A DNA stretch of 64,000 nt from Candidatus Thorarchaeota archaeon (GCA_046758445.1 JBHIAE010000001.1:64001-128000), one strand, 5' to 3'; shown: positions 40,743-51,330, numbered from the stretch's first letter. Notes: generated from the sequence alone by a model not told the origin. Numbers and translations: made by a program.

Positions 40743-41030
40743 ATGAAGTATGTAGTGTTTTGGGAGTATGATCCAAAGGAGATCGACAATGCGGTCAAGA
40801 AGCTCATGGAGTTCAGAAAGGAGATCAAGAAGAACCCCGATAAGTATGCAAAACCAATTACTCCGAACTACACAATGAGCGTTGGATTCAAGGGATTTCA
40901 GCTATTTGAGGCTGAGAACCCTGAACAGCTAGCAAGAATGGTTCTTCACTATAGGCCTGAAGTGAAGTTTGAGATCATACACATCACTGAAACAAAGAAG
41001 ACTGTGAAGATTTACGAAGAGTCGAAGTAG
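40743..41030 (+). CDS. DUF3303-like small protein
   Basis: MKY.VFWE, KGFQLFEAEN..QL, GAGGTGA RBS. Confidence 0.65.
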   Translation: MKYVVFWEYDPKEIDNAVKKLMEFRKEIKKNPDKYAKPITPNYTMSVGFKGFQLFEAENPEQLARMVLHYRPEVKFEIIHITETKKTVKIYEESK

Positions 41031-41382
41031 GCTTCTGCCAGAAGAAGAGAGTTGGTCCCAGGTTCCTGCATCACTCTATAAGGAGCATGTTTCGTACGTG
41101 GCCCGACCCTTCTACATCCAGCGTTATGAACATGAGTACTTCAATTGAGGGTACGATAGGCCGTTCAATGGGTAGCTGACAACTGCCTAGAACATCGGCA
41201 ATGTTGGACATGCGCTTAAATACTCGGACCCAAGACAACCTATCGAGGTCGAAATGACGCAGATCATACCTCACGGAGTTGACCCCAGTGCCGTTTCCTG
41301 GGCGGACAGCACTCCGGTGTCCAAGATTGTCCAACTCACAATGAACGGTAGACAGATATCATGACTCCTCTTCCTATATGCC

Positions 41383-41907
41383 ATGGACGAAACCAAGAAG
41401 AGAGTTGTTTCGCTGGAGAAGACTTCCGGTCTATCAGATCGTGTTGCACTGTGGTACTCAATGATGGAGAGGGTAAGAGAGAGACTATTGAAACGAGTTG
41501 AAGGCCTCTCGAACAAGGAGTTGGACTACACACCTCATGAAGAGAGTGTTGAAACCATTGGTACTCTCCTTCTTCATATCGCGGCCGTTGAATGGTCATG
41601 GATCTTTGAGGATATGGGTCGGCAAGAGATGGACTACGAGAAGTGGAAGCACGCCTTCGCCTTGAGGGAAGGGATTCCTCAGCTGAAGGGAAAGAAACTG
41701 CGTTACTACCTGGACAGGTTGAATTCTGTCAGAGAGGATGTCTTGAATCGACTGATCGATGTCAGTGACAGTGAGCTGGATCATCTTGTAGATATCGGCG
41801 AAGCAGCAGTGAGCATAGAATGGATTCTCTTTCACTTGATTGAGCACGAGGCCATGCATGTTGGTCAGATCTCCGTACTGAGAAGACTGCAAGAACAATC
41901 GAAATGA
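41383..41907 (+). CDS. DinB family protein
   Basis: TIG.LL.HIA..E..W and HLIEHEAMHVGQI. Confidence 0.9.
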   Translation: MDETKKRVVSLEKTSGLSDRVALWYSMMERVRERLLKRVEGLSNKELDYTPHEESVETIGTLLLHIAAVEWSWIFEDMGRQEMDYEKWKHAFALREGIPQLKGKKLRYYLDRLNSVREDVLNRLIDVSDSELDHLVDIGEAAVSIEWILFHLIEHEAMHVGQISVLRRLQEQSK

Positions 41908-42270
41908 CTTGGCCCACATACATGGTCCAACGCCAGATGGTGAGTTAGGTCGAAGCGAGTTTCTGATTGAAGTCAATGATTTGAAGAAAGAGAGTTTGAA
42001 GGAGGGCTGTGCAGTCCACCTTAGGATACTGGGAGGTCCTGATGCATCTGAGTATGGTTTTAGATTCAGCTTCTATCAATGATCGATTTCGAATTGGAGC
42101 ATAATCTCATTGTGGCCTTGCTTCGATCATCAGCTTTGGCGGTTATCTCATTGGTTCAGCTGATGAGAAAGAACTGGCAACCTGATGCCACCCCAATCAG
42201 TGAAAATGATTAGCATAGGAGAAATAGAAGTTTGTCGATTTTTCATGGAGAGAAGTGATTAATGGCAAAC

Positions 42271-42768
42271 TTATGGGGGCGTCCAGTCTAGAGGAATGTT
42301 TACAGCAAGGATTCTTAGCAGTTCCTTTGCCATCTTATCGTCAAATCTGCAGCTCTCCCAAACCTTTTGCTCAAATAACAGATTGGCATTATCCCTAATA
42401 GAAAACGTGAGTAAGGGAGTATTAGGGAGAGCTCTTTCCGAACAATTCTCCAAGTCCCATATCTTCTTCTTAACTAACTCTTGTATGAAAATCGACAACT
42501 TCTCAATAGAAAACGCAATCTCTCTCTTTTTTGCTGCTTTCTTTTCTCTAGTGATATCGACTGGTATTCCTTTTGGTATCTTCCAATGTACGACTTTGTC
42601 AGAGGTCACGGTTATTCTTAGTCGTGAATAATACGCGGTGTGTCCAGATTGATACTCGAATGAGAAGTTCGCCAATCCAGCATTCTCTTTTAGCAGACCC
42701 TTAAGGTATTTCTTCAATTCTTTCTTAGTATACACCACATACCTCCACCTCAATATCGTTGGGTTCAC
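42271..42768 (-). CDS. Hypothetical protein, AT-rich
   Basis: 165-aa ORF, visibly lower GC than its neighbours. Confidence 0.55.
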   Translation of the reverse strand: MNPTILRWRYVVYTKKELKKYLKGLLKENAGLANFSFEYQSGHTAYYSRLRITVTSDKVVHWKIPKGIPVDITREKKAAKKREIAFSIEKLSIFIQELVKKKIWDLENCSERALPNTPLLTFSIRDNANLLFEQKVWESCRFDDKMAKELLRILAVNIPLDWTPP

Positions 42769-42842
42769 TGGTATGTATCAAAGAAAACATGTCGCATAAT
42801 AAGCTCATTTGGGACAAAACGGTGTCCAAAGAAACTGGCTTC

Positions 42843-42893
42843 TGAAGAAATAGAAGTTTGAAGGAGGGCTTTGCGGCCCTACCTTCAGAAACT
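42843..42893 (-). terminator. Hairpin plus U-rich tract downstream of actin
   Basis: GAAGGAGGGC/GCCCTACCTTC stem followed on the minus strand by CTTCTATTTCTT. Confidence 0.55.
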
Positions 42894-42899
42894 GTTGGT

Positions 42900-44039
42900 C
42901 TAAATACACCTGTGGATGACTTCAGGTCCTGCTTCCTCGAACTCCTTCCTGCTGACCCACATCTTCTGGAAGGTCTTCAGTGAGGCGAGGATGCTTCCTC
43001 CAATCCAGACAGAATACTGCCTCTCAGGTGGAGCAATGATTCGGACCTCGATGTTCTCTGGAACCAGTTCGGTGATCTCCTTGTGGAGCCTCTCCTTCAG
43101 CCCAGGGAACATGGTTGAACCACCGGACAACACAACGTTGGCATACAGGTCACGTCGCAAGTCGACGTCGCATGCCTTAATTGACTCAACAATGTGGTCG
43201 TCAAGTGGCTGGGTGTCAAGACCGATTGCGCTCGGATTGAAGAACAGCTCAGGAGCCTGGAACCTCTCGGCACCAACAGTGATGACCTCACCGTCTGGCA
43301 ACATGTAAGGTTTGTCAACACCCGCCTTATCGGCTACGGTTCTCTCCCGCTCAGGATCAAGGGCTACATAGCATAGCTTCTCCTTGACATCTCTGACAAT
43401 CTCCTTCTCTGCGCCGCTCACAAAGGTGTAGCCCCTCTGTCTGAGCAGTCTGCGCAGGTACTCTGTGATGTCACGTCCTGCGAGGTCGAGTCTTACGATC
43501 GCGTGTGTGATGGCAAAGCCCTCGTAGATTGGGACTATGTGTGTCACACCGTCGCCAGAGTCAATAACAAGCCCCGTCGTTCTTCCCGACGCGTATAGCG
43601 ATAGCACTGCCTGTGTGGCAACGTACACTGCTGGAACGCCAAAGTTGTCAAACATGACTGAGGCCATTCTCTCCCTGTTTTCACGGGGGTTGAATGGTGC
43701 CTCCGTCAGGAGTACTGGGTTCTCGCTCGGGTCGATCTTAAGGTCGTTATAGAATGTGTACGACCAGATCTTCTCGATTGCGTCCCAGTCATCAATAACA
43801 CCGTGGGTTATTGGGTAGACAAGGCGGAGCACTCCACGCAGGTTGATAGCTTCCTCACCGATATAGTAGTCACGTGTATAGTGGTCAACATCGGTCATGA
43901 TGGATTCGTATCTTGGATATCCAATCAATGTGGGCCAAACACTTCGTGGCTGATCTTCGCCGGCGTATCCGTTTTTACTAAGTCCAGTGCCGTTGTCAAT
44001 GACAATCGGCTTCGCGCCAAGGAACTCGTCTTCAGCCAT
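42900..44039 (-). CDS. Asgard actin (Lokiactin-like)
   Basis: [69 protein letters not shown]. Confidence 0.97.
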   Translation of the reverse strand: MAEDEFLGAKPIVIDNGTGLSKNGYAGEDQPRSVWPTLIGYPRYESIMTDVDHYTRDYYIGEEAINLRGVLRLVYPITHGVIDDWDAIEKIWSYTFYNDLKIDPSENPVLLTEAPFNPRENRERMASVMFDNFGVPAVYVATQAVLSLYASGRTTGLVIDSGDGVTHIVPIYEGFAITHAIVRLDLAGRDITEYLRRLLRQRGYTFVSGAEKEIVRDVKEKLCYVALDPERERTVADKAGVDKPYMLPDGEVITVGAERFQAPELFFNPSAIGLDTQPLDDHIVESIKACDVDLRRDLYANVVLSGGSTMFPGLKERLHKEITELVPENIEVRIIAPPERQYSVWIGGSILASLKTFQKMWVSRKEFEEAGPEVIHRCI

Positions 44040-44359
44040 TTCTTTCGGTCCTCTTTTTACTTTTCGTAGCAGATCTCAGAACCTAGAATCTCAACTCGGA
44101 GTTCTGGAACTCTTCGTTGATGTACGTGCTGAGAATATTCTATTTAAGACTTAGCTGGATAAGTCTCGGGTTTTGACGATTCATACAAGACCCACATAGT
44201 TTGCGTATGTCTTGCAGTTTTACTACATTCGCAGACGTTTCCTAGATGGCGTTTCGAGAACGATTCTTGAACGGTTTGTTCGGCCCATTATCTAATTGAA
44301 AGATGCATATACGCATCATATATATATCTTGTAGATAAAGCCGTTTTTGAGGTCAGGAC

Positions 44360-45142
44360 ATGTTCTGGGAGACCGCTGACCAAGTCATTCACCGTGAAGC
44401 AGAGAGCGTCAGAGTCCGTAGAGTGATTCTAGATCAGCTAGAGGGCGGACACAAGACAGGGAAGGAACTCAGAGAAGCCATTAGGAAGGACATGGCTGCA
44501 CAGGCACTAGAAGCCGGAGCAGAAAGTGTCAATCTCGCAGACTTCAACGTGACAGACCCAAAACTGTACTTCAATACGAAGCGCCTCGAAGAGCTTGGAA
44601 TCATCACCAGCAGAAAGGACTCACAGCACAGGAAGTTCGCTCTGACTCCTTGGGCAGTGCAACCAGTGAGAAGAGTATTGGGAGTAATCAGACCCGTTGC
44701 CATGCTCACATCTATGTCACGCCCTGAAGACCAGCGGCCATTTGTCACTTGGTTGAATGATCAGAAGGATTTCGATGTGAGTAAGCTGCATGTCATCGTC
44801 GAGGACAGGACCTTCACAAGAGGTTCGATGAGAAACCTAGAGAGATATCTCCCCAAGGGCGCCAAACCCAAATGGGAAACAGTATGGAATGACATGCCGG
44901 TTGATGCCACTGGCAACTTTGACACCAATATCCCTGGAGATCTGATGGCAACCCAGAGAGAGATAGATAAGATCATAATAGACAATCTCACACAATACGA
45001 TCTTGTCATAGACCTGTCAGCCGGACCCCCACTCATCGTTTTGGCCCTCTCACTACTCGCGATGCACTACTCAATTACAGCCATCTTCGTAAGACATAAG
45101 GACGGAGAGAATGCCCTCACGCGAGTGCTTCCAAGGGAGTGA
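44360..45142 (+). CDS. Winged-HTH regulator with C-terminal CARF-like domain
   Basis: KLYFNTKRLEELGII wHTH; LVIDLSAGPPLIVLALSLLA resembles the CARF/Csa3 D/N-x-S/T-GG helix. Confidence 0.55.
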   Translation: MFWETADQVIHREAESVRVRRVILDQLEGGHKTGKELREAIRKDMAAQALEAGAESVNLADFNVTDPKLYFNTKRLEELGIITSRKDSQHRKFALTPWAVQPVRRVLGVIRPVAMLTSMSRPEDQRPFVTWLNDQKDFDVSKLHVIVEDRTFTRGSMRNLERYLPKGAKPKWETVWNDMPVDATGNFDTNIPGDLMATQREIDKIIIDNLTQYDLVIDLSAGPPLIVLALSLLAMHYSITAIFVRHKDGENALTRVLPRE

Positions 45143-45837
45143 GAACAGAGTTGGCCCGGGGTGACAGTGGTCTTACTTGGGAACCGATAGGACTGGACGA
45201 CAAACTGAGAGTAATCCTAGAGGGAGTGAAGTCGGCTGAAGTTGAGACCCCTAAGCAGAACACCCGGACACTTCGCAAGACCAAACGTTGGCGTGAACAA
45301 CTCACAGATGTTATTGAATCCTTGATTCGAATTGGGAACGACCTCGCTCCCAAACTTGAGAATGAACTGGGCATTCCTTTGAAGGCCAACGAGCTGCTTC
45401 GGGTCGCCATGTTTCAGCCCAGCACGAAGAATCTCTTCAGTGAGCTTGAGATTCACTTCTCCTCAAGTGATCGAGGTCCTCTTGACAGACAGGACTACAC
45501 AGTACTTGGTTCGCTCAACGAGATGGCGAAATCATTGGCACTCGTGGGAGATGCAGCTATATCGATGGCAGTGCTACACCATATTTGGCAGCCGAAGGCG
45601 ACAGATGTTGGAACGCTCACGCAGAGAAGATCGGACCTTGTAAGCAACGAGCACCTAGCTGGAGTGTGCGATGATTGGGGCTTGTATGAGCATCGCATTC
45701 ACTTCGACCCAGTAGAGCCAAGCAAGTCGGAGATTGAACATGATAAGGGCACTCTTGTGGAGGCCATATATGGCATAGTCTACATTGGGCACGGTTTTCA
45801 AAGAGTCAAGGACCTTGTTCCGAAACTAATCCAGTGA
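45139..45837 (+). CDS. RNase III-domain (Mini-III-like) protein
   Basis: LALVGDAAI, LT..RS.LVSN..LA, GTLVEAIYG; no dsRBD. Confidence 0.8.
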   Translation: MRTELARGDSGLTWEPIGLDDKLRVILEGVKSAEVETPKQNTRTLRKTKRWREQLTDVIESLIRIGNDLAPKLENELGIPLKANELLRVAMFQPSTKNLFSELEIHFSSSDRGPLDRQDYTVLGSLNEMAKSLALVGDAAISMAVLHHIWQPKATDVGTLTQRRSDLVSNEHLAGVCDDWGLYEHRIHFDPVEPSKSEIEHDKGTLVEAIYGIVYIGHGFQRVKDLVPKLIQ

Positions 45838-45852
45838 TTCTTTGTTTGGACA

Positions 45853-47340
45853 TCAGGCTTCGGTCATGTCAAACTCATCAAGCAATTCCGGAGCTTCTTC
45901 ACCAACAGGAAAGAGCTGATTGAATTCACGCCGAATCTCTTGTGCGTTCTCTGCATCAGCGTATACTCGTACGGAGGGGATAGTGAGCTTCTGTTGCTTG
46001 AGAAGCTTCATCAAAGGCCGTCCTTCATTAACGTCTTCTAGGAACACGATACCAAGACCAGTGCTCTCCCCGCCCACAAGCAACGGTATAGCCCCAAGAG
46101 CCTTTTCACCCAGCTCCGGATCGACTATATCAATTATGACTCTCCCTGGGTCTCCGGCAACCCGAGTTTCTGCATCGATTAGCTTCTCAATGTCCTTGAA
46201 CATCTCAAGCAGTTCATTCTTTACATCAGGGTCGAATGACATCAGAGAACGAGAGAGCACAACCTTGAACAGACGCCGATAGCGTATCCTAGAAACGTAC
46301 TCTCTTACAAAATCGACCTCAGACTCCTTCAGCCAGCCCAACAAGTCTGCATCTGTCATTCTTGTAAAGAATCCATAGCATTCGTTTCTTGACAGGTCTT
46401 CCTCCTTCATACGGAAATAAGTCGCCTTCGAGAGTAGAGCCTCAGCGAGTTTGACAGCATGATGGAGATAGAGGTCGCTGAACATCCAGTTCCTGCTCAA
46501 AATGAGTGACTCCAATGAATGTAGAGCCTTTAGCATGAATGCACGAATGTAGTTGCCATTTCTGTCACGTACTACGCGGTTTGTCATCATCACGCGCTCT
46601 GCCGGGAAGATCCCGAGCTCAACACCACTGAAGTGAGCATCGCGAATAAGGTAGTCTGTCTTGTCAATATCAAGCGGATGATCGACAAACTCGGATAGTA
46701 GACTTAGTACCGGATCCCGAGTCTTCCGACGTAGCACCTCTACAATGTCTTTGGGTTCAATGTTGTTCTGAGAAAGGATGTCACTAAGACTGCTGTGACG
46801 GATGAGCGACTCGCCCAGATCTAGATGATCTAAGCCCGCCCACCCTCTGAGAGCGTACTCAATGGAATGCGATGTCGGAGGATGACCCACGTCATGCAAA
46901 AGGGCGACCGCCCTGAACACCTTCTGCTGGTACGCATCAAGAAGATTCGATAGAGGAATGAAACATGGATCGTCCAAGTCCTCGCAATAATTCACCACAC
47001 GAATACACTTCTGGGCTAGGAAGTTGGTGCCGATGCAGTGTTCAAAGCGTGTGTGTGTGGCTCCCGGATAAACAATGTGTGCAGGACCGAGCTGTTTGAC
47101 AAACCGGAGTCTCAGCATCTCTCCACTTGAGATTACATCCAGCTCCCAAGGCTCAAGTAGAATCGCTCCGTAGATTGGATCCTGAATCGCCTTCTGACGA
47201 GTGTGCTTCTCACCAAGTGCCAGTAGCCTTTCATGCTCACCAATCTTGCCCTCAATATCCGTCCAAGCCTGTCCTCTCCCCGCCTTTGCTGAGTCAATCT
47301 CGCTTTCACGCATCCCTGTAAGGCGTATGAGCCTGATCAT
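45853..47340 (-). CDS. HD-domain phosphohydrolase (SAMHD1-like dNTPase family)
   Basis: DPIYG.I, RLR.VKQLG, YPGATHTRFEH, LLHDVGH, DIDKTDYL.RD. Confidence 0.92.
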   Translation of the reverse strand: MIRLIRLTGMRESEIDSAKAGRGQAWTDIEGKIGEHERLLALGEKHTRQKAIQDPIYGAILLEPWELDVISSGEMLRLRFVKQLGPAHIVYPGATHTRFEHCIGTNFLAQKCIRVVNYCEDLDDPCFIPLSNLLDAYQQKVFRAVALLHDVGHPPTSHSIEYALRGWAGLDHLDLGESLIRHSSLSDILSQNNIEPKDIVEVLRRKTRDPVLSLLSEFVDHPLDIDKTDYLIRDAHFSGVELGIFPAERVMMTNRVVRDRNGNYIRAFMLKALHSLESLILSRNWMFSDLYLHHAVKLAEALLSKATYFRMKEEDLSRNECYGFFTRMTDADLLGWLKESEVDFVREYVSRIRYRRLFKVVLSRSLMSFDPDVKNELLEMFKDIEKLIDAETRVAGDPGRVIIDIVDPELGEKALGAIPLLVGGESTGLGIVFLEDVNEGRPLMKLLKQQKLTIPSVRVYADAENAQEIRREFNQLFPVGEEAPELLDEFDMTEA

Positions 47341-47459
47341 GTCGACATCCAGACCCGCAGGAGGATTATCTTTCTTGGATTGTATCGTAGGTCACCTGCT
47401 TCGGTCTTTCCTCTTGCGGTTATTTAAGCCATGACATCAATAGTAGACGGTGAAGACGC

Positions 47460-48086
47460 TTAGGGTTCTAAGACTCTGGACCTCTTGACTCTATTCCGGG
47501 CCCCGCTGTACGCGAGTGTGTTTGCACGTTCCATTGCCTGACAATACTCGTCAGGATGGCAATGGCCCCATCGTTGAAGAGCCTTGCAAGATGGAGCACT
47601 TCGTGCCTTGTAGAAAGGGGGTTCAATCAGGTTCGCCTTGACCAAGAAATCTGCGACAATCTTGATACTGTTCTTCTCGTAGGCCTTGCGAATGCATGGC
47701 GGTGCTCTGTCCATCAATCTTGGATTGATCAATCGAAACAGTCTGAGCCACAGAAGACACTTCTTTGCTGTGTAGAGAAAGTCGCAGTTTGGGCAGAGCC
47801 CCTTTCTTATGGAGAGCCGACACAGCTCTTCCCTACTCTCCTTCTTGAGTCCTGAATGGCGCAGTAGGTGGAACTTGATGTCTGTGAACCATTCTGGTGT
47901 AAATGAGCCAAACTCTCCGATGAAGGACTGAAGCTGCTCTGATACCTCCTCATCAGACGCGTACCAGTTCTCTTCGTTCAAGAGCGAACGCTTCTTAACT
48001 TCGTTCATCATAATCCTAGGTTGTCGTTCTTCAAAGGACATCTTAAACGCATCAGTTTGTTCCTGATGCAACGCATAGGGCTTCAT
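47460..48086 (-). CDS. Protein with a primase large-subunit C-terminal (Fe-S)-like Cys motif
   Basis: PPCI ... PSC..LQ..G.C.PDEYC. Confidence 0.55.
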   Translation of the reverse strand: MKPYALHQEQTDAFKMSFEERQPRIMMNEVKKRSLLNEENWYASDEEVSEQLQSFIGEFGSFTPEWFTDIKFHLLRHSGLKKESREELCRLSIRKGLCPNCDFLYTAKKCLLWLRLFRLINPRLMDRAPPCIRKAYEKNSIKIVADFLVKANLIEPPFYKARSAPSCKALQRWGHCHPDEYCQAMERANTLAYSGARNRVKRSRVLEP

Positions 48087-48188
48087 TCTGTTAATCTTCG
48101 ACAGTTGTTGGAGGAACTCTTAAATTGTGCTAGCAAACTTCAACTGTTCAGCACCCTCTACCGCCATTAAAGTCGAGGTCACTCTCGC

Positions 48189-49199
48189 ATGACCAAGCTA
48201 AGTCTGTTGACCCAAGTCTCATTCAAAGAGGCCATTACTTCACTTGAGTTGGCCGACTTAGATGGAAGTGGTAGGGACAACATCGTCATCTCGACAATGA
48301 ATGGGGATCTCAGAGTCTTCGATTTTGTGTCCGGAAAGAAACCGAAGTTGAAGGAGGTTGCCAAGACTAGTGGACTTCCACCTGTTGCAGTCTTGGATGT
48401 TGGTGACATTCTAGGCAACGGACAACCAGACTTCATTGTAGCTGGACTAGACAACCAATTGCGGCTACTTGTCTTCATGGATGGCAAGCTTCAGGTCAAG
48501 AGCTCCACTCCAATTGGCACACTACCCACATCACTAGTAGTCACGAATGTGATGGATGACAAGAGCGCTGAAGTGATAGTAGCTACGAATGACAATGCTC
48601 TCAGATGCTATGGTTGGTTTGACGTTGTGCTAGACAAGCTAGCGCACAAGGTTGTAGAGAGTCCAGTCTTCTCAATGAGACCCTTATCCATCGCAAACGT
48701 ACCATACAGTCGATTCGTGTTTGGCGACGAGAACGGCTACCTCTACATGTATCAGTATGCGGACGACAGACTGCACGAGATTCAGAGAATCAAAGTTGGA
48801 AAGGAAGTTTACCTTGTTGCAACTGGATCAATGACAGCGGGGAGATACGACGAGGTTGCAACTGTTTCGGATGAAAGAACCTTGACTGTCTTCGGGATGG
48901 AGCAGTACTCTCTGGAGAGTCTTCTATCAATAAAGACGCCTGACGCCGTGACTGCGCTCAAAATAGGAAGAATCATGGACAACGCCTCTGCTGGGCAGGT
49001 CCTACTAAGTCTCCGTGATACAACACTCCTTCTTATGGGCTTCACGGGCCTTGAGCTGGAGGAGGTCGCTTCTTTGAAGACGGCATCAAAGCCTGGTGAT
49101 TCTCTTGTGGCCTACGGTGATATTGACGGGGACTCCTCCATGGAGATTGTTCAGACTGTTGGCAATAATCTCTTTGTGATTGGTGTAGAAGACGAGTAG
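48189..49199 (+). CDS. FG-GAP-like beta-propeller protein
   Basis: Repeats ADLDGSGRDNIV, GDILGNGQPDFIV, GDIDGDSSMEIV; no signal peptide. Confidence 0.75.
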   Translation: MTKLSLLTQVSFKEAITSLELADLDGSGRDNIVISTMNGDLRVFDFVSGKKPKLKEVAKTSGLPPVAVLDVGDILGNGQPDFIVAGLDNQLRLLVFMDGKLQVKSSTPIGTLPTSLVVTNVMDDKSAEVIVATNDNALRCYGWFDVVLDKLAHKVVESPVFSMRPLSIANVPYSRFVFGDENGYLYMYQYADDRLHEIQRIKVGKEVYLVATGSMTAGRYDEVATVSDERTLTVFGMEQYSLESLLSIKTPDAVTALKIGRIMDNASAGQVLLSLRDTTLLLMGFTGLELEEVASLKTASKPGDSLVAYGDIDGDSSMEIVQTVGNNLFVIGVEDE

Positions 49200-49202
49200 A
49201 GT

Positions 49203-49622
49203 CTAGTTCAGTTTGGGTAAGAAGACCTCATTCGGCTGAAGCACCTGGATGCTCTTGACGGCCTTTATGGATTGAATCTTCGGTACAACTTCGCTTTCGA
49301 GCCAACCCTTCACCTTCAATCTGGCTTCTTCGATGTTCTCAGCCTCGGCGTTCATGTCAAACCTGATGAATAGATTGTAGGGTTCTCGCTCGGATACTTC
49401 CTTCTTAATCATTGCCCAGAAAGCTTTGGACCCCTCAGGAATGTCAATCCTGCCGAGAATCTCCGACCATGACTTGCCCTCAAGCCGCCTCGACACTATG
49501 GCTAGGTCTTTTAGTTCTGACAGCTCCTTCAGGGCCGCCAAGACAGACTCTCCAGTCTTCTTAGTGTCCTTGACCTCCTCAAACTCAGCGATAAGGTAGT
49601 GATCCGCTCTGAACTTGGGCAT
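49203..49622 (-). CDS. Hypothetical protein
   Basis: 139-aa ORF with RBS-like GAGGGAG. Confidence 0.65.
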   Translation of the reverse strand: MPKFRADHYLIAEFEEVKDTKKTGESVLAALKELSELKDLAIVSRRLEGKSWSEILGRIDIPEGSKAFWAMIKKEVSEREPYNLFIRFDMNAEAENIEEARLKVKGWLESEVVPKIQSIKAVKSIQVLQPNEVFLPKLN

Positions 49623-49672
49623 CGGCCTTGCTCCCTCATGTAATGACGCGGCGGGCCAGCATCCTCTCGCTC

Positions 49673-50308
49673 TTAAGTATGATGGTCAGCTGGCTCGTTC
49701 TGAGCCATCATGATCTCATTCCTGTAGTGATGGTAGCGATACGCGGCCGTTAGGAGTCCCATTATGGTGACTGTGAACAGACCCCAAAGAAGAAGCATAA
49801 GAAGCGAGAAAACAACCAAGGTGAGTAACCTCTCCGATCTCGCACCAACACCTACATCCAAATCGCTGACGCCCAGGCTCTCGGCTCTCGACCTCGTGTA
49901 ACTGGTCATCAGCCACCCCATAAGACACAACATCACCCAGAGAGATACTGGCAGGCCGGCCAGAAATGAACCGGAGTAGGCCAAAGCAATTGCAAACAGA
50001 AGGATGAACTCCGAAACTCTGTCTGAAACAGAATCCGTGAGGGCTCCAGACGTAGACCCACCCTCCTCAATCCTAGCTAGCGCTCCGTCGACACCATCAA
50101 AGAACCCCACCAAGAACACAAGCACTCCGTAGATAGGCTCGGAATGCAGAAGAGCAAGCGCCAGCAAGGCAATCATCGCAAGGAAAATCGTGAAGTATGT
50201 GACGGTGTCCGGCAGGACTCCTCTTCGATGCAAAGTAGTTGCCACACGAGTCACAGCACCTCTGAAGAAGCCTCGAACTCGGATTCTGCTTGGCGACATC
50301 TTCATCAT
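49673..50308 (-). CDS. CDP-alcohol phosphatidyltransferase
   Basis: DGVDGALAR...GA..DS.SDR..E; SYTRSRAE; RSER. Confidence 0.93.
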   Translation of the reverse strand: MMKMSPSRIRVRGFFRGAVTRVATTLHRRGVLPDTVTYFTIFLAMIALLALALLHSEPIYGVLVFLVGFFDGVDGALARIEEGGSTSGALTDSVSDRVSEFILLFAIALAYSGSFLAGLPVSLWVMLCLMGWLMTSYTRSRAESLGVSDLDVGVGARSERLLTLVVFSLLMLLLWGLFTVTIMGLLTAAYRYHHYRNEIMMAQNEPADHHT

Positions 50309-51330
50309 CTCTTGAGTACCGCTTGTCCATGCACTACAGCATTGTGTACTTTGGAACTCTTGGACACTAGAGCGTTTCCGAACAGTATTGAGTTGTCAAT
50401 TTGACAGCCTTCTTGTACAACAGTATTGCGGCTCAGGCTGACGTTTGGACCGATTCTACACCTGGGACCTATTGTGGTTCCCGCGTAAACAAGGGTCGGG
50501 CCTGTTATGCGAGTTCCTGGCCCCAGTGTAATTCTAGGAGCAATCTCAGTACGATTTTCAGCATTAATGGTGTCACCAGACCGTACGAACATAGAATCAT
50601 GTGGTGAGAGTCTAATACTCTGGAGAAGGTGTTGGTTGGCCGCCAATAGATCACTGAAGTCGTCGATGTCAAACCAGTAGCCAGATACAGACGCAGATGC
50701 AACGTGATATCCCTCTGCGATCAACTGGTTCAAAGCAGAGGACACTGTGGTATGCCCTTTCGCAAGAGCTCTTTGCATATGTCCCAGCAATGTACCCTCC
50801 GCAACCGATGTCATGACACTCCTGCCAGTTTCCCTAGTATCCTTCGTTATTTCATCAAAGCCTCTGACCTGGCCATCTTCGGACATATGGATCGAAGCGC
50901 CCTGATCCGCAGTCATGTCCACTCCCACAGTCATGAGCTGGTTGGACCTCTGTGCATTGTGAACCGAGATGATCTCGGAGACAATCGTTGGGTCCACTAC
51001 GTAATCTGCCGGGCAAATGAGCAATCTTTCCGGTGGGGCGAGTTCCAGCGCAGACACGATTGTCTCCAGAGGGCCCAATTCATAATCAACAACTGTCGTT
51101 ACTTTGATCTTGTCGGAGTCAGTCAACTGACGGAGGTGTTCTTCAATCAACTCGCCATGCCAGCCGACACCGACTGTGAAAGAATGAACCCCTGCGGTCT
51201 TCAGATCGTCTATGAGCCGTTCAATGAGAGGTAAGCCAGCAGCTGGAATGAGAGGTTTCGGAACCTCGTCTGTCAGGGGACTCATTCTGGAGCCCCTTCC
51301 GGCAGCCAGTATGACGGCGTGTATGCACAT
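50305..51330 (-). CDS. Sugar-phosphate nucleotidyltransferase with left-handed beta-helix
   Basis: ILAAGRGSRM.PLT..VPKPLIP, WFDID, hexapeptide repeats. Confidence 0.88.
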   Translation of the reverse strand: MCIHAVILAAGRGSRMSPLTDEVPKPLIPAAGLPLIERLIDDLKTAGVHSFTVGVGWHGELIEEHLRQLTDSDKIKVTTVVDYELGPLETIVSALELAPPERLLICPADYVVDPTIVSEIISVHNAQRSNQLMTVGVDMTADQGASIHMSEDGQVRGFDEITKDTRETGRSVMTSVAEGTLLGHMQRALAKGHTTVSSALNQLIAEGYHVASASVSGYWFDIDDFSDLLAANQHLLQSIRLSPHDSMFVRSGDTINAENRTEIAPRITLGPGTRITGPTLVYAGTTIGPRCRIGPNVSLSRNTVVQEGCQIDNSILFGNALVSKSSKVHNAVVHGQAVLKR

